Origin: Gemmatimonadota bacterium
Lineage (GTDB): Bacteria > Gemmatimonadota > Gemmatimonadetes > Longimicrobiales > Gaopeijiaceae
DNA length: 64,000 bases
Assembly: GCA_039589315.1 (NCBI GenBank)
Contig: JBDHHQ010000008.1
Coordinates: 1 to 64,000 of the forward strand
Direction: 5' to 3'
Below the pieces are notes generated by a model. The model searched no databases. It saw nothing but the letters and a program-made list of their open reading frames with translations, and was not told the origin of the DNA. Below are positions 38,837 through 47,818 of this stretch, piece by piece (position 1 is the stretch's first letter; the number at the start of each line of letters is the position of its first letter). Both the position numbers and the translations under genes were made by a program.

Positions 38837-39307
38837 ATGGACCGAGAACTCGTCCTCGAGCTCCCCAGCGACGTGCGCACCATCGAGCATGCGGTCTCGT
38901 ACGTCATGGCCCGATGTGCCGTGTGCGAGATCGCTGCGAGGAAGCTCGACCTCAACCTCCGCGTAGGACTCACCGAGGCGCTGTCCAACGCCATGCTGTA
39001 CGGCAACGCCGAGGACCCGGCGAAGCGCGTGCGCGTCGAGATCTCCCTCGAGGCCGGGTCCATCACGGCTCGCATCACCGACCAGGGCGACGGCTTCGAC
39101 CCCGGCGCCGTACCCGATCCGCGGACGCCCCGGAATCTGGTTGGCGAGAGCGGTCGGGGGCTGTTCCTGATGCGCGAGCTCCTGGATGAGGTCCACTACA
39201 ACGAGCGGGGCAACTCCGTGACGCTCGTTCTTCGTGTCGAGGCGAGCGTGGTCCAGGAGCTTTCCGAACCCCCGGACGCCGGCGGATGTCCTGGGGCCAC
39301 GGCATGA
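38837..39307 (+). CDS. Anti-sigma factor/Ser kinase (RsbW/SpoIIAB-like)
   Basis: EALSNAMLYGN N box, DQGDGFD, SGRGLFLM. Confidence 0.93.
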   Translation: MDRELVLELPSDVRTIEHAVSYVMARCAVCEIAARKLDLNLRVGLTEALSNAMLYGNAEDPAKRVRVEISLEAGSITARITDQGDGFDPGAVPDPRTPRNLVGESGRGLFLMRELLDEVHYNERGNSVTLVLRVEASVVQELSEPPDAGGCPGATA

Positions 39308-40905
39308 CCTCGGACGCTCCGACACGGGATCCCCTGCCGGAGTCCGTCCTCCTCACACTCCAAGAGTTCCGGAGTCGCCTGGGTGTGGATCTGCACCTCT
39401 GGCAGACGCTGCCCGACGGCTGCCCGGCGCATGTCTTCCCGGCCGACGGGATCGCGCCGGATCGGGCGGACCCGGCGACCTCGGTGCGCCGCTCGCTCGC
39501 CCCGAGAGGCGGTCCGCCGCTCGAGCTCGAGATCAGGAACGCCGAGGGCGATCGGACAGAGGCCCTGGCGGAGGCCCTGGGAGCGACGCTCGAGCGGACC
39601 TACGAGGCCGCGCAGGAGATCCGCTTCTTCACCTACGAGATCTCCGAGCGGTACGAGGAGATCAACCTGCTCTACTCCATCAGCGAGACCCTCGGATCGA
39701 TCCTCGATCTGAAGGAAGCGGCCCGGAACATCCTGACGGAGGTTTCCGACGTGCTGGGGGCCCGGCGTGGCTCCCTGTGGGTGCACGCTCCCGAAGCCCA
39801 CGAGTTGAGGCTCACCGCGTGGGTCGGAGAGAAGGGGCTCCAGGGCCCGCTCTCGGTGGACGATCCCCAGGCCGTCACCGCCCAGGTCTTCCGGGAAGGG
39901 CGCTCTCTCATCGTGGCCGCGGGTGCCTCGGCCAGCGAGGGGGGACCGGGTGCGGCGGGATCCGGCGATGAGGCGGCCGGGCCCGAGTCCCACCTCTCCG
40001 TTCCCATTCGCTACACGGCGCCCTCCGGGAGCGCCAAGACGGTAGGCGTCTTGAACCTCGTCGGTCGGCGCCGGGGCGGCCGCTTCACCGCCAGCGACCA
40101 GAAGCTCCTCTCCGCCATCGCGAGCCAGGTCGGCGCGGCGTTGGAGAACAACCGGCTGATCCAGGAGAGCCTCGCCCAGGAGCGGGTCGCCCGAGAGATG
40201 GAGCTGGCCCACGACCTTCAGATGAAGCTGATGCCTCCGTTGGACAGAGCGGACGGGACTCGCGTCGCGGGCCGGGTTGAGCCGGCGGTCTCGGTCGGTG
40301 GAGACCTCTACCACCTGTTCGAGCTCGAGGCGGGTCGCCTCGGCTTGATGATCGGCGACGTGTCGGGCCACGGCTTCCCGGCGGCGCTCATCATGGCCCT
40401 GTCGCTGAGCGCGGCGAGCATCTATGCCTCGGCTTCGGAGACCCCGTGCCGGGTCCTTCGGCAGATGGACGACGCGCTGCGGGACGAGTTGGAAAGCACC
40501 GAGACCTACCTGACCGCGTTCTACTGCATCCTGGATCCGGAGGCCGGCACGCTTTCGTACTGCAACGCTGGACACCCGCACGCGTTCGTGATCCATGACG
40601 ACGGTTCCGTCGATCGACTGGCCGCCACGGATCCGCCCATCGGAATCGCCGGGCCGGACGCGTACAACCAGCGAACCGTGCACTGGGCCCGGGACCGGGA
40701 TTGCCTCTTCCTGTTCACGGACGGGCTCTCCGACACCCTGGCGGCCGAGGCTCCGGGAAGCGGGGAGGACTTCGTCGTGAACCAGGTGGTGCGTCGACGG
40801 CGTGCGACGCCCGACCAGATCGTGGACGAGTTGCTGGCCATGGCCAGGGAGGCCACGCCGACGGTCCCGGCCGACGACCGCACCGCGATCGTCCTCAAGT
40901 CCTGA
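39304..40905 (+). CDS. GAF-PP2C (SpoIIE/RsbU-like) serine phosphatase
   Basis: GAF (FTASDQKLLSAIASQ), VGGDLY, GDVSGHG, NAGH, FTDG, DDRT. Confidence 0.93.
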   Translation: MTSDAPTRDPLPESVLLTLQEFRSRLGVDLHLWQTLPDGCPAHVFPADGIAPDRADPATSVRRSLAPRGGPPLELEIRNAEGDRTEALAEALGATLERTYEAAQEIRFFTYEISERYEEINLLYSISETLGSILDLKEAARNILTEVSDVLGARRGSLWVHAPEAHELRLTAWVGEKGLQGPLSVDDPQAVTAQVFREGRSLIVAAGASASEGGPGAAGSGDEAAGPESHLSVPIRYTAPSGSAKTVGVLNLVGRRRGGRFTASDQKLLSAIASQVGAALENNRLIQESLAQERVAREMELAHDLQMKLMPPLDRADGTRVAGRVEPAVSVGGDLYHLFELEAGRLGLMIGDVSGHGFPAALIMALSLSAASIYASASETPCRVLRQMDDALRDELESTETYLTAFYCILDPEAGTLSYCNAGHPHAFVIHDDGSVDRLAATDPPIGIAGPDAYNQRTVHWARDRDCLFLFTDGLSDTLAAEAPGSGEDFVVNQVVRRRRATPDQIVDELLAMAREATPTVPADDRTAIVLKS

Positions 40906-40928
40906 CGCTTCCCCCCGCCACCCACGCC

Positions 40929-41771
40929 GTGCGTGCACGCCCGTCCGAGCCCCACCGACCCAAGAAGAGCCTCGGCCAGAACTTCCTGATCGATCCCAAT
41001 CTCCAACGGAAGATCGTGGCTGCTCTCGCTCCGGGCCCCGATGACGAGATCCTGGAGATCGGCCCGGGACGAGGTGCGCTCACGGACCACCTGGTGGGCA
41101 TGCCCCGCCGGCTCACCCTGGTCGAGCTTGACGATCGCTTGAGCGAGGAGCTGCAGGTTCGGTACGAAGGGCGAGCCGACGTACACGTCGTGCACGCCGA
41201 CTTCCTGAAGGTGGATATCCGGTCCCTGACCGAACGCCCGGAGGAGCTCAAGGTGGTGGGGAACATCCCCTACAACGTCACTGCACCCATCGTGTTCAGG
41301 CTCCTGGAGCCGCCGCGGCCAGCCGAGATCGTCCTCATGGTCCAGCGGGAGGTCGCGCAGCGCATGGCGGCCTCGCCGGGGACGGCCGAATACGGTGCAC
41401 TGACCGTGGGCGTCCAGTCGGTGGCCCGAGTCGAGACCCTGTTCAAGGTGCCCCGAACGGCATTTCGTCCCGTGCCCCGGGTGGACTCCAGCGTGGTCAG
41501 ACTCGTGCCGCGGCGCCCGGCGCCCATGTCTCCCGAAGAGGAGGCCCGTCTCCGGGAGCTCACGAGGGTGGCATTCGGATGGCGCCGCAAACAGTTTCAG
41601 AAAACTCTCAGGGATCATCCCCGGTATCGCCTTCCCCGGGAGGCGGTGGAGCGTCTGGAAGCCGAATCCGGCCTCGACCTGACGGGTCGCCCGGAGACCT
41701 TCTCGCCGGGCTCGTTTCTCACGCTGTCCAGGCTCCTCGCCAGGGCCGGGCCCCACCCGAACGAGGCATGA
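40929..41771 (+). CDS. rsmA: 16S rRNA dimethyladenosine transferase
   Basis: [38 protein letters not shown]; start approximate. Confidence 0.96.
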   Translation: MRARPSEPHRPKKSLGQNFLIDPNLQRKIVAALAPGPDDEILEIGPGRGALTDHLVGMPRRLTLVELDDRLSEELQVRYEGRADVHVVHADFLKVDIRSLTERPEELKVVGNIPYNVTAPIVFRLLEPPRPAEIVLMVQREVAQRMAASPGTAEYGALTVGVQSVARVETLFKVPRTAFRPVPRVDSSVVRLVPRRPAPMSPEEEARLRELTRVAFGWRRKQFQKTLRDHPRYRLPREAVERLEAESGLDLTGRPETFSPGSFLTLSRLLARAGPHPNEA

Positions 41772-41775
41772 CGGC

Positions 41776-43140
41776 ATGACCGATGCCCGAGCGACGATAC
41801 CGGAGCGCCAACCCTCCAGGTCTCGGTGGCTGAACGCGTTGGGCCTGGACCGGAAGGAGGTGCGGGCCTGGGCCATGTACGACTGGGCCAATTCCGCCTT
41901 CGCTACCACCGTCATGGCCGGGGTGCTCCCGGTCTACTACGCGACCGTGGCCGGGGCCGACCTTCCGGGGAATCGGGCCACGGTCTATTGGGCGTACACC
42001 GCCTCCATCGCGCTGGCGATCATCGCCGTCCTGTCGCCGGTCCTGGGTGCCGTGGCCGACTACCTCGGGGCGAAGAAACGATTCCTGGCCGTGTTCGCCG
42101 CCCTGGGCATCGCGGGCACGTCTCTGCTCTACTTCGTGCGGAGCGGCGATTGGCTGTTCGCCTCGTGCGTGTTCATCGTGGCCAACATCGGCTTCGCCGG
42201 CGCCAACGTCTTCTACGAGTCCCTCCTGCCTTCCCTGGCCTCGGACGAGGAGATCGACCGGGTGTCCACTGCCGGATACGCAGTGGGCTACGTCGGCGGC
42301 GGCGTGCTTCTGGCGGTGAACCTGGCGTGGATCCTCATGCCGGAGCGGTTCGGGTTCGCCGACGGTGGCGTCGCGTCGCGCGCGTCCTTCGTCTCCGTCG
42401 CCGTGTGGTGGGCGGTCTTCTCGGTACCGCTCCTTCGACGGGTGCCGGAGCCGGAGCGGAAGCTCGAGGAGGGAGAGTCGCTTTCGGCCAACCCAGTCGG
42501 GATCGGCTTCGCCCGGGTCTGGGAGACGCTGCGGGAGCTCAAGGGGCACAAGGAGATCTTCATCTTTCTCCTGGCCTTCTGGCTCTACAACGACGGCATC
42601 GGGACCATCATCAAGATGGCCACGATCTACGGCTCCGAGATCGGCATCGGCGAGAGCCACCTCATCGGTGCCCTGCTGGTCGTCCAGTTCGTGGGGATCC
42701 CCTTCACCTTCGGCTTCGGCTTCGTGGCGGGGCGGATCGGCGCCAAGCGGGGGATCTACGTGGCCCTGGCCGTCTACACCGCGATCGCCATGCTGGGGTA
42801 CTTCATGGAGTACGCCTGGCAGTTCTGGACCCTGGCGCTCATGGTGGCCATGGTGCAGGGCGGGTCGCAGGCGCTGAGCCGATCGCTCTTCGCCAGCATG
42901 ATCCCGGAGGGCAAGGCGTCGCAGTTCTTCGGGTTCTTCAGCGTCAGCGCCAAATTCGCCGGCATTATCGGCCCGCTCCTCTTCGCTGTCGTCGGGCAGA
43001 TCACGGGCGGCAGCCGCCTGAGCATTCTCTCGCTCATCGTGTTCTTCGTCGGCGGCATGGCCCTGCTCAGCTTGGTGGACGTGGAGGCCGGGCAGCGCAA
43101 GGCACGGGCCGAAGATGCCACGCTGGTGGCCGCGGACTGA
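41776..43140 (+). CDS. MFS transporter, UMF1/ATG22-like
   Basis: [31 protein letters not shown]; about 12 TM helices. Confidence 0.9.
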   Translation: MTDARATIPERQPSRSRWLNALGLDRKEVRAWAMYDWANSAFATTVMAGVLPVYYATVAGADLPGNRATVYWAYTASIALAIIAVLSPVLGAVADYLGAKKRFLAVFAALGIAGTSLLYFVRSGDWLFASCVFIVANIGFAGANVFYESLLPSLASDEEIDRVSTAGYAVGYVGGGVLLAVNLAWILMPERFGFADGGVASRASFVSVAVWWAVFSVPLLRRVPEPERKLEEGESLSANPVGIGFARVWETLRELKGHKEIFIFLLAFWLYNDGIGTIIKMATIYGSEIGIGESHLIGALLVVQFVGIPFTFGFGFVAGRIGAKRGIYVALAVYTAIAMLGYFMEYAWQFWTLALMVAMVQGGSQALSRSLFASMIPEGKASQFFGFFSVSAKFAGIIGPLLFAVVGQITGGSRLSILSLIVFFVGGMALLSLVDVEAGQRKARAEDATLVAAD

Positions 43141-43250
43141 CCCTCGTGGGCCTGGGACGCCCGGGCTCCCGCGTTCACGGGTAGGAAAGGGGCCAGCGCG
43201 ACCGTGACGCGCCCAGGGAGTCCGATCAGCCGCCGATCGCCCGGGCCGCG

Positions 43251-43280
43251 TTGACGGGCTCATCCCCGGGTCGACATATT
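43251..43280 (+). promoter_or_regulatory. Putative rex promoter
   Basis: TTGACG-18 nt-CATATT, directly abutting the Rex operator. Confidence 0.6.
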
Positions 43281-43298
43281 TGTGAAGATTTTCACAAA
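43279..43298. promoter_or_regulatory. Rex operator
   Basis: TTTGTGAAGATTTTCACAAA matches TTGTGAA-N4-TTCACAA exactly, 14 nt before the rex start. Confidence 0.92.
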
Positions 43299-43312
43299 CC
43301 TCTCGGCCCGCT

Positions 43313-43945
43313 GTGTCGCACAAGATCTCCGACTCGACAATCCGCCGACTTTCGGTTTATCTTCGCCTTCTGGAAGACCTGGAGGTGGAAGGCACCGCAA
43401 CCGTATCCAGTGAGACGTTGGCGCGGCAGGCCGGCGCAACGGCGGCACAGATCCGCAAGGACCTGTCTCTCTTCGGCTCCTTCGGCAAGCGGGGGATGGG
43501 GTACTCCGTCGCCGAGTTGGCCACGCGGGTCCGGGGCATCCTGGGCCTCGCGCGGCAATGGCGCGTAGCGCTGGTCGGAGCGGGTCGGATCGGGTCGGCG
43601 CTGTTCGCCTACCCGAATCTCTCCTCCCGGGGCTTCCACATCGTGACGGTAGTGGACAGCGACCCCGAGAAGGTAGGGAGGCGATGGGGCGAAGTGTGGA
43701 TCCGGCCGGACGACGAGCTGGAACGGGCCATCCAGGAGGAACAGGTGGACATGGCCATCCTGGCGGTCCCCGGGCACGCGGCGCAGGCGGTGATGGACCG
43801 GGTGGTCGCGGCGGGGGTCAGGGGCATTCTCAACTTCGCCCCCGTGCCGCTGCGCGTGCCGGAGGACGTCTGGCTCAAGGACGTCAATCTCGTCATCGAA
43901 ATGGAGGCGCTCTCCTATGCGCTGAGCCAGGAAGCCCCGGACTGA
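43313..43945 (+). CDS. rex: Redox-sensing transcriptional repressor Rex
   Basis: TIRRLSVYLR, QIRKDLSLFGSFGKRGMGY, GAGRIG, GILNFAP. Confidence 0.97.
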   Translation: MSHKISDSTIRRLSVYLRLLEDLEVEGTATVSSETLARQAGATAAQIRKDLSLFGSFGKRGMGYSVAELATRVRGILGLARQWRVALVGAGRIGSALFAYPNLSSRGFHIVTVVDSDPEKVGRRWGEVWIRPDDELERAIQEEQVDMAILAVPGHAAQAVMDRVVAAGVRGILNFAPVPLRVPEDVWLKDVNLVIEMEALSYALSQEAPD

Positions 43946-44772
43946 CCGGGACGTCCCTGGCGGACCGGGCGGCCGAGCTCCTGGGCGATGGCCCGGTCCC
44001 GGCCGCGGAGATCGCGCGCTGCGTCATGGGCCTGACGGGTCCGAGTGACGTCACCGGGACCGTGGTCGACGCGCTGCTCGGCACCGATCGCCGCTTCCGC
44101 CTCCGCAAGGACGGCCGGTGGGAGGTCGTGCCGCGCCCCGGTCCCCCCTCTCCGTCGCTCGGAAGCCTCCGCTACGCCGTCGTGGACGTGGAGACGACAG
44201 GGAGCCTCCGCTGGCGTGGGCATGGCATCGTGGAGATCGCCGTCGTCGAGATCCGGGACGGATTCGTCTGTGACACCTTCCAGACCCTCCTGAATCCGGG
44301 CCGACCCATACCCCCGTTCGTCACCGCGCTCACCGGTATCACGCCCGCCATGGTGGCGGGAGCCCCGCTCTTCGAGCACGTGGCGCCACGGGTGTTCGAG
44401 CGGCTTGCCGGACGCGTCTTCGTGGCTCACAACGTGGGCTTCGACTGGGGATTCGTGCGGTCCCACCTTCAGCACTCGCTGGGGCAGGTTCCCGAGGTGC
44501 CGCGACTGTGCACCGTGCACCTGGCCAGACGACTGCTGCCCCGGATTCGGCGCCGGAATCTCGATGCGCTCTCCAGTCATTTCGGGATCGAGATCCACGG
44601 GCGGCACCGGGCGCTCGGTGATGCCTTGGCGACGGCCCGGATCCTCTTGCGGCTGTTGGATGAGGCGCGCAGGGTGGGCATCGGGGACCTGAGTGCGCTG
44701 GGGGCGTTGCTCGCCATCCCGCGCCGCGGACGGGGCGGGGCCCTCCCGGCATCCAGTGCGATGCGCGCGTGA
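43942..44772 (+). CDS. DEDDh 3'-5' exonuclease (DnaQ-like) with an N-terminal extra domain (probable CTG start)
   Basis: VVDVETTG, AHNVGFD, HRALGDA; first in-frame ATG is at 44026. Confidence 0.88.
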   Translation: MTGTSLADRAAELLGDGPVPAAEIARCVMGLTGPSDVTGTVVDALLGTDRRFRLRKDGRWEVVPRPGPPSPSLGSLRYAVVDVETTGSLRWRGHGIVEIAVVEIRDGFVCDTFQTLLNPGRPIPPFVTALTGITPAMVAGAPLFEHVAPRVFERLAGRVFVAHNVGFDWGFVRSHLQHSLGQVPEVPRLCTVHLARRLLPRIRRRNLDALSSHFGIEIHGRHRALGDALATARILLRLLDEARRVGIGDLSALGALLAIPRRGRGGALPASSAMRA

Positions 44773-44869
44773 GCGAGGGCGGCAGAGCTCGGCGGGTGCG
44801 CCCCCACGGGTACAGCGAGAGCCTTCGGACGGAAGGGTAGTCCCAACCTCTTCTGGCCGGGGGGTGGTC

Positions 44870-44900
44870 GTGACCCTCGGGGCGAAATAACCTATGTTAT
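44870..44900 (+). promoter_or_regulatory. Putative thiolase-operon promoter with an overlapping palindrome
   Basis: GTGACC-17 nt-TATGTT; ATAAC-CTAT-GTTAT inverted repeat at 44887-44900. Confidence 0.5.
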
Positions 44901-44987
44901 ACCGCTGTTCGGCAGTCGCCCGAACGGGCCCTGGGCCCGGCATTCCCCGCCGCCGGGCCCGACCATGAAATCGCGGGAGAGAGACGG

Positions 44988-46199
44988 ATGACCGATAGAT
45001 CGCGCACGCCTGTCCTGATCGAAGGCGCCCGCACTCCCATCGGGAGATTCATGGGCGGCCTCAGCCCCCTTTCGGCTCCCGAGCTGGGTGCGATCGCCAT
45101 CCGGGCGGCGGTCGAGCGCTCGGGCATCGACGGGGCCGAGATCGACGAGATCATCATGGGCAACGTCGTCACCGCGGGCGAAGGCCAGGCACCGGCTCGC
45201 CAGGCCGCGATCCAGGGCGGCGTCCCGGCGTCGGTTCCGGCGGTTACCGTGAACAAGGTGTGTGGATCGGGGCTCAAGGCGGTGATGCTGGCAGCGCAAT
45301 CGATCAAGGCGGGAGACAACCAGCTCGTGGTGGCCGGCGGTTTCGAATCGATGTCCAACGTACCCTACTACGTCCGGGGTCTGCGCGGCGGGGTGAAGTT
45401 CGGAAACCAGTCCCTGGAGGACGGGCTGATCCACGATGGGCTCTGGTGCTCGTTCGGCCATTGCCACATGGGTGGCCACGCCGAGTACACGGCCGCCCGG
45501 GCCGGGGTGACCCGGGGTGACGCCGACGCCTTTTCCCTGGAGTCCCACCGGCGCGCGGTCGATGCCATGGAGAGCGGCAAGTTCAAGGACGAGATCGTGC
45601 CCGTGGCGATAGAGACTCGGCGCGGCACCACCGTGGTGGACTCCGACGAGGGCCCCCGACGGGATACCAGCCTGGAGGCGCTCGGCAAGCTCCGGCCCGC
45701 CTTCCCGAAGGACGCGCCGTCGGAGATCGACGACCTGGTGGTGACCGCGGGGAACGCGCCCGGGCTGAACGACGGGGGAGCCGCCGTGGTCGTGGCCTCT
45801 CAGGCGTTCGCGGACGCCCATGGCCTGGAATACGAAGCCGTCATCACCGGGTACGCCTCGGGCGGCATGGAGCCCCAGGAGCTCTTCTTCGCCCCGGTCG
45901 TCGCGGTGCGCAACCTCATGGCGAAGGAGGGCAAGGTCATCGGCGACTACGGACTCGTGGAGCTGAATGAGGCATTCGCCGTTCAAGCGCTTGCCGACAT
46001 GCGCGAGCTGGAGATGGACCACGAGCGCGTGAACGTGCACGGTGGCGCCGTGGCCCTCGGGCATCCCATCGGCGCCTCCGGCACACGCATCCTCGTGACG
46101 CTTCTTCACGCCATGGAGGATCGCGACGTCGACTCCGGCCTCGCCACGCTCTGTCTGGGCGGCGGCAACGCGGTCGCCCTTTCCGTGGAGCGCCCCTAG
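44988..46199 (+). CDS. Acetyl-CoA C-acetyltransferase (thiolase)
   Basis: NKVCGSG, NEAF, GHPIGASG, CLGGG. Confidence 0.96.
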   Translation: MTDRSRTPVLIEGARTPIGRFMGGLSPLSAPELGAIAIRAAVERSGIDGAEIDEIIMGNVVTAGEGQAPARQAAIQGGVPASVPAVTVNKVCGSGLKAVMLAAQSIKAGDNQLVVAGGFESMSNVPYYVRGLRGGVKFGNQSLEDGLIHDGLWCSFGHCHMGGHAEYTAARAGVTRGDADAFSLESHRRAVDAMESGKFKDEIVPVAIETRRGTTVVDSDEGPRRDTSLEALGKLRPAFPKDAPSEIDDLVVTAGNAPGLNDGGAAVVVASQAFADAHGLEYEAVITGYASGGMEPQELFFAPVVAVRNLMAKEGKVIGDYGLVELNEAFAVQALADMRELEMDHERVNVHGGAVALGHPIGASGTRILVTLLHAMEDRDVDSGLATLCLGGGNAVALSVERP

Positions 46200-46248
46200 C
46201 GTCCCACGGGCGCGAACACCCGGATCTGAACCCAGGAGCACCGCCGCA

Positions 46249-46833
46249 ATGAACGAAGCCACCGGAGCGCACCGGACTTGGGCACCTACCGAGCTGGTGC
46301 CGGACCGCCGCATGAGGACAGCCCTCGGCGGCGCGGCATTCGTGATCGCCATGACAGTGAGTGCGTACGTGGCGATCCCGGTGCCGTGGAGCCCCGTACC
46401 CATGACGCTGCAGCCCATGGTGGTCCTCCTGGCCGGGGCCCTTCTGGGGCCCGTGACCGGGGCGGCTGCGATGGCGAGCTACCTCGCTGTGGGCGTCGTG
46501 GGCGCCCCCGTCTTCGCCGGTGGCCACGCCGGGCTCCCGTGGCTCGTGGGTCCCACGGGTGGCTACCTCATGGCGTTTCCCGCCGCAGCCCTGGTGGTTG
46601 GCCTCGTGGCGGGCCGGAGTCGGCGGTGGCTCCCGGTCCTGCTCGGGCTCCTCGCGGGCCTGGGCACCATCTACCTGGGCGGCATCACCCAGCTGGCGGT
46701 GGTGACGGGACAGGATCCCCGGGCGCTCCTGGCCCTCGGCGTGGTCCCGTTCCTGGGGGGAGATCTGATCAAGGTGGCTCTCGCCCTCATCATCGTCAGG
46801 CGGTTCCGCAAGGAGGGCCTCGGAGGCAGCTAG
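46249..46833 (+). CDS. bioY: Biotin transporter BioY
   Basis: PVPMTLQ, GAPVFAGG, GPTGGYL, PFLGGDLIK. Confidence 0.94.
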   Translation: MNEATGAHRTWAPTELVPDRRMRTALGGAAFVIAMTVSAYVAIPVPWSPVPMTLQPMVVLLAGALLGPVTGAAAMASYLAVGVVGAPVFAGGHAGLPWLVGPTGGYLMAFPAAALVVGLVAGRSRRWLPVLLGLLAGLGTIYLGGITQLAVVTGQDPRALLALGVVPFLGGDLIKVALALIIVRRFRKEGLGGS

Positions 46834-46853
46834 CCGTCCGAGGCCTTCTTCTT
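46816..46853 (+). terminator. Intrinsic terminator-like hairpin overlapping the bioY stop codon
   Basis: GGCCTCGGA/TCCGAGGCC stem followed by TTCTTCTT. Confidence 0.55.
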
Positions 46854-46953
46854 GGCAGCGCGCCCCGGACGGCGCGCTGCGGTCGCTGGAGCCCGGGGAT
46901 CGGTCCGGGCGCGTGACCGCGCAGAGTACGGAAAGAACAGGAGGAAGAGGGAC

Positions 46954-47805
46954 TTGCAGCGGATCGTCGTCATCGGCGGTGGAACCATGGGGAATGGCAT
47001 CGCGCACGTCTGTGCCCAGCACGGCCGTGACGTGACGCTGGTGGACGTTGCGCGGAACGTGCTGGACGACGCGCTCTCGACGATCGGCCGCAATCTCGAC
47101 CGGCAAGTGGGGAAGGGGATCCTGGACGACGAGGCGCGCACTGCCACGTTGGCCCGGCTCCGGGTGTCCACCTCTCTGGAGGAGGCCTCTGCCGACGCCG
47201 AGTTGGTCGTCGAGGCCGTGCCGGAGAGGGCCGAGCTCAAGGCCCGGATCTTCGGTGCCCTGGACGAAGCGGCCCCCGAGGCCGCAGTCCTGGCCAGCAA
47301 CACGTCGTCCATTTCCATCACCGAGATCGCCGCCGCGACGTCCAGGCCCGAGAAGGTCATCGGGATGCACTTCATGAACCCGGTTCCCGTCATGAAGCTC
47401 GTGGAGGTGATTCGCGGGCTCGCCACCGACGAGGCCACCACCGCTGCGGTCATGGACCTGTCGCGTGAGCTGGGCAAGACGCCCGTGGAGGTGGCGGACT
47501 TTCCGGGGTTCGTGTCCAATCGGGTACTCATGCCCATGGTCAACGAGGCGGTGTTCGCCTTGATGGAGGGCGTAGCCGATGCCGAGGCCATCGACACGGT
47601 CATGAAGCTGGGGATGAACCATCCCATGGGCCCTCTTGCTCTCGCCGACCTCATCGGCTTGGACACCTGCCTCAACATCCTGGAGGTTCTCCATCGGGAC
47701 CTGGGGGACGACCGCTACCGGCCGTGTCCGCTGCTGAGGAAGTACGTGGCGGCGGGCTGGCATGGCCGCAAGAGCGGTCGTGGGTTCCATCGTTACGCCG
47801 GGTAG
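46954..47805 (+). CDS. hbd: 3-hydroxybutyryl-CoA dehydrogenase
   Basis: GGGTMGNGIA, SNTSS, GMHFMNP, PGFVSNR, HPMGP; TTG start after GAGGAAGAGG. Confidence 0.93.
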   Translation: MQRIVVIGGGTMGNGIAHVCAQHGRDVTLVDVARNVLDDALSTIGRNLDRQVGKGILDDEARTATLARLRVSTSLEEASADAELVVEAVPERAELKARIFGALDEAAPEAAVLASNTSSISITEIAAATSRPEKVIGMHFMNPVPVMKLVEVIRGLATDEATTAAVMDLSRELGKTPVEVADFPGFVSNRVLMPMVNEAVFALMEGVADAEAIDTVMKLGMNHPMGPLALADLIGLDTCLNILEVLHRDLGDDRYRPCPLLRKYVAAGWHGRKSGRGFHRYAG

Positions 47806-47818
47806 AGGACGAGTCCAC

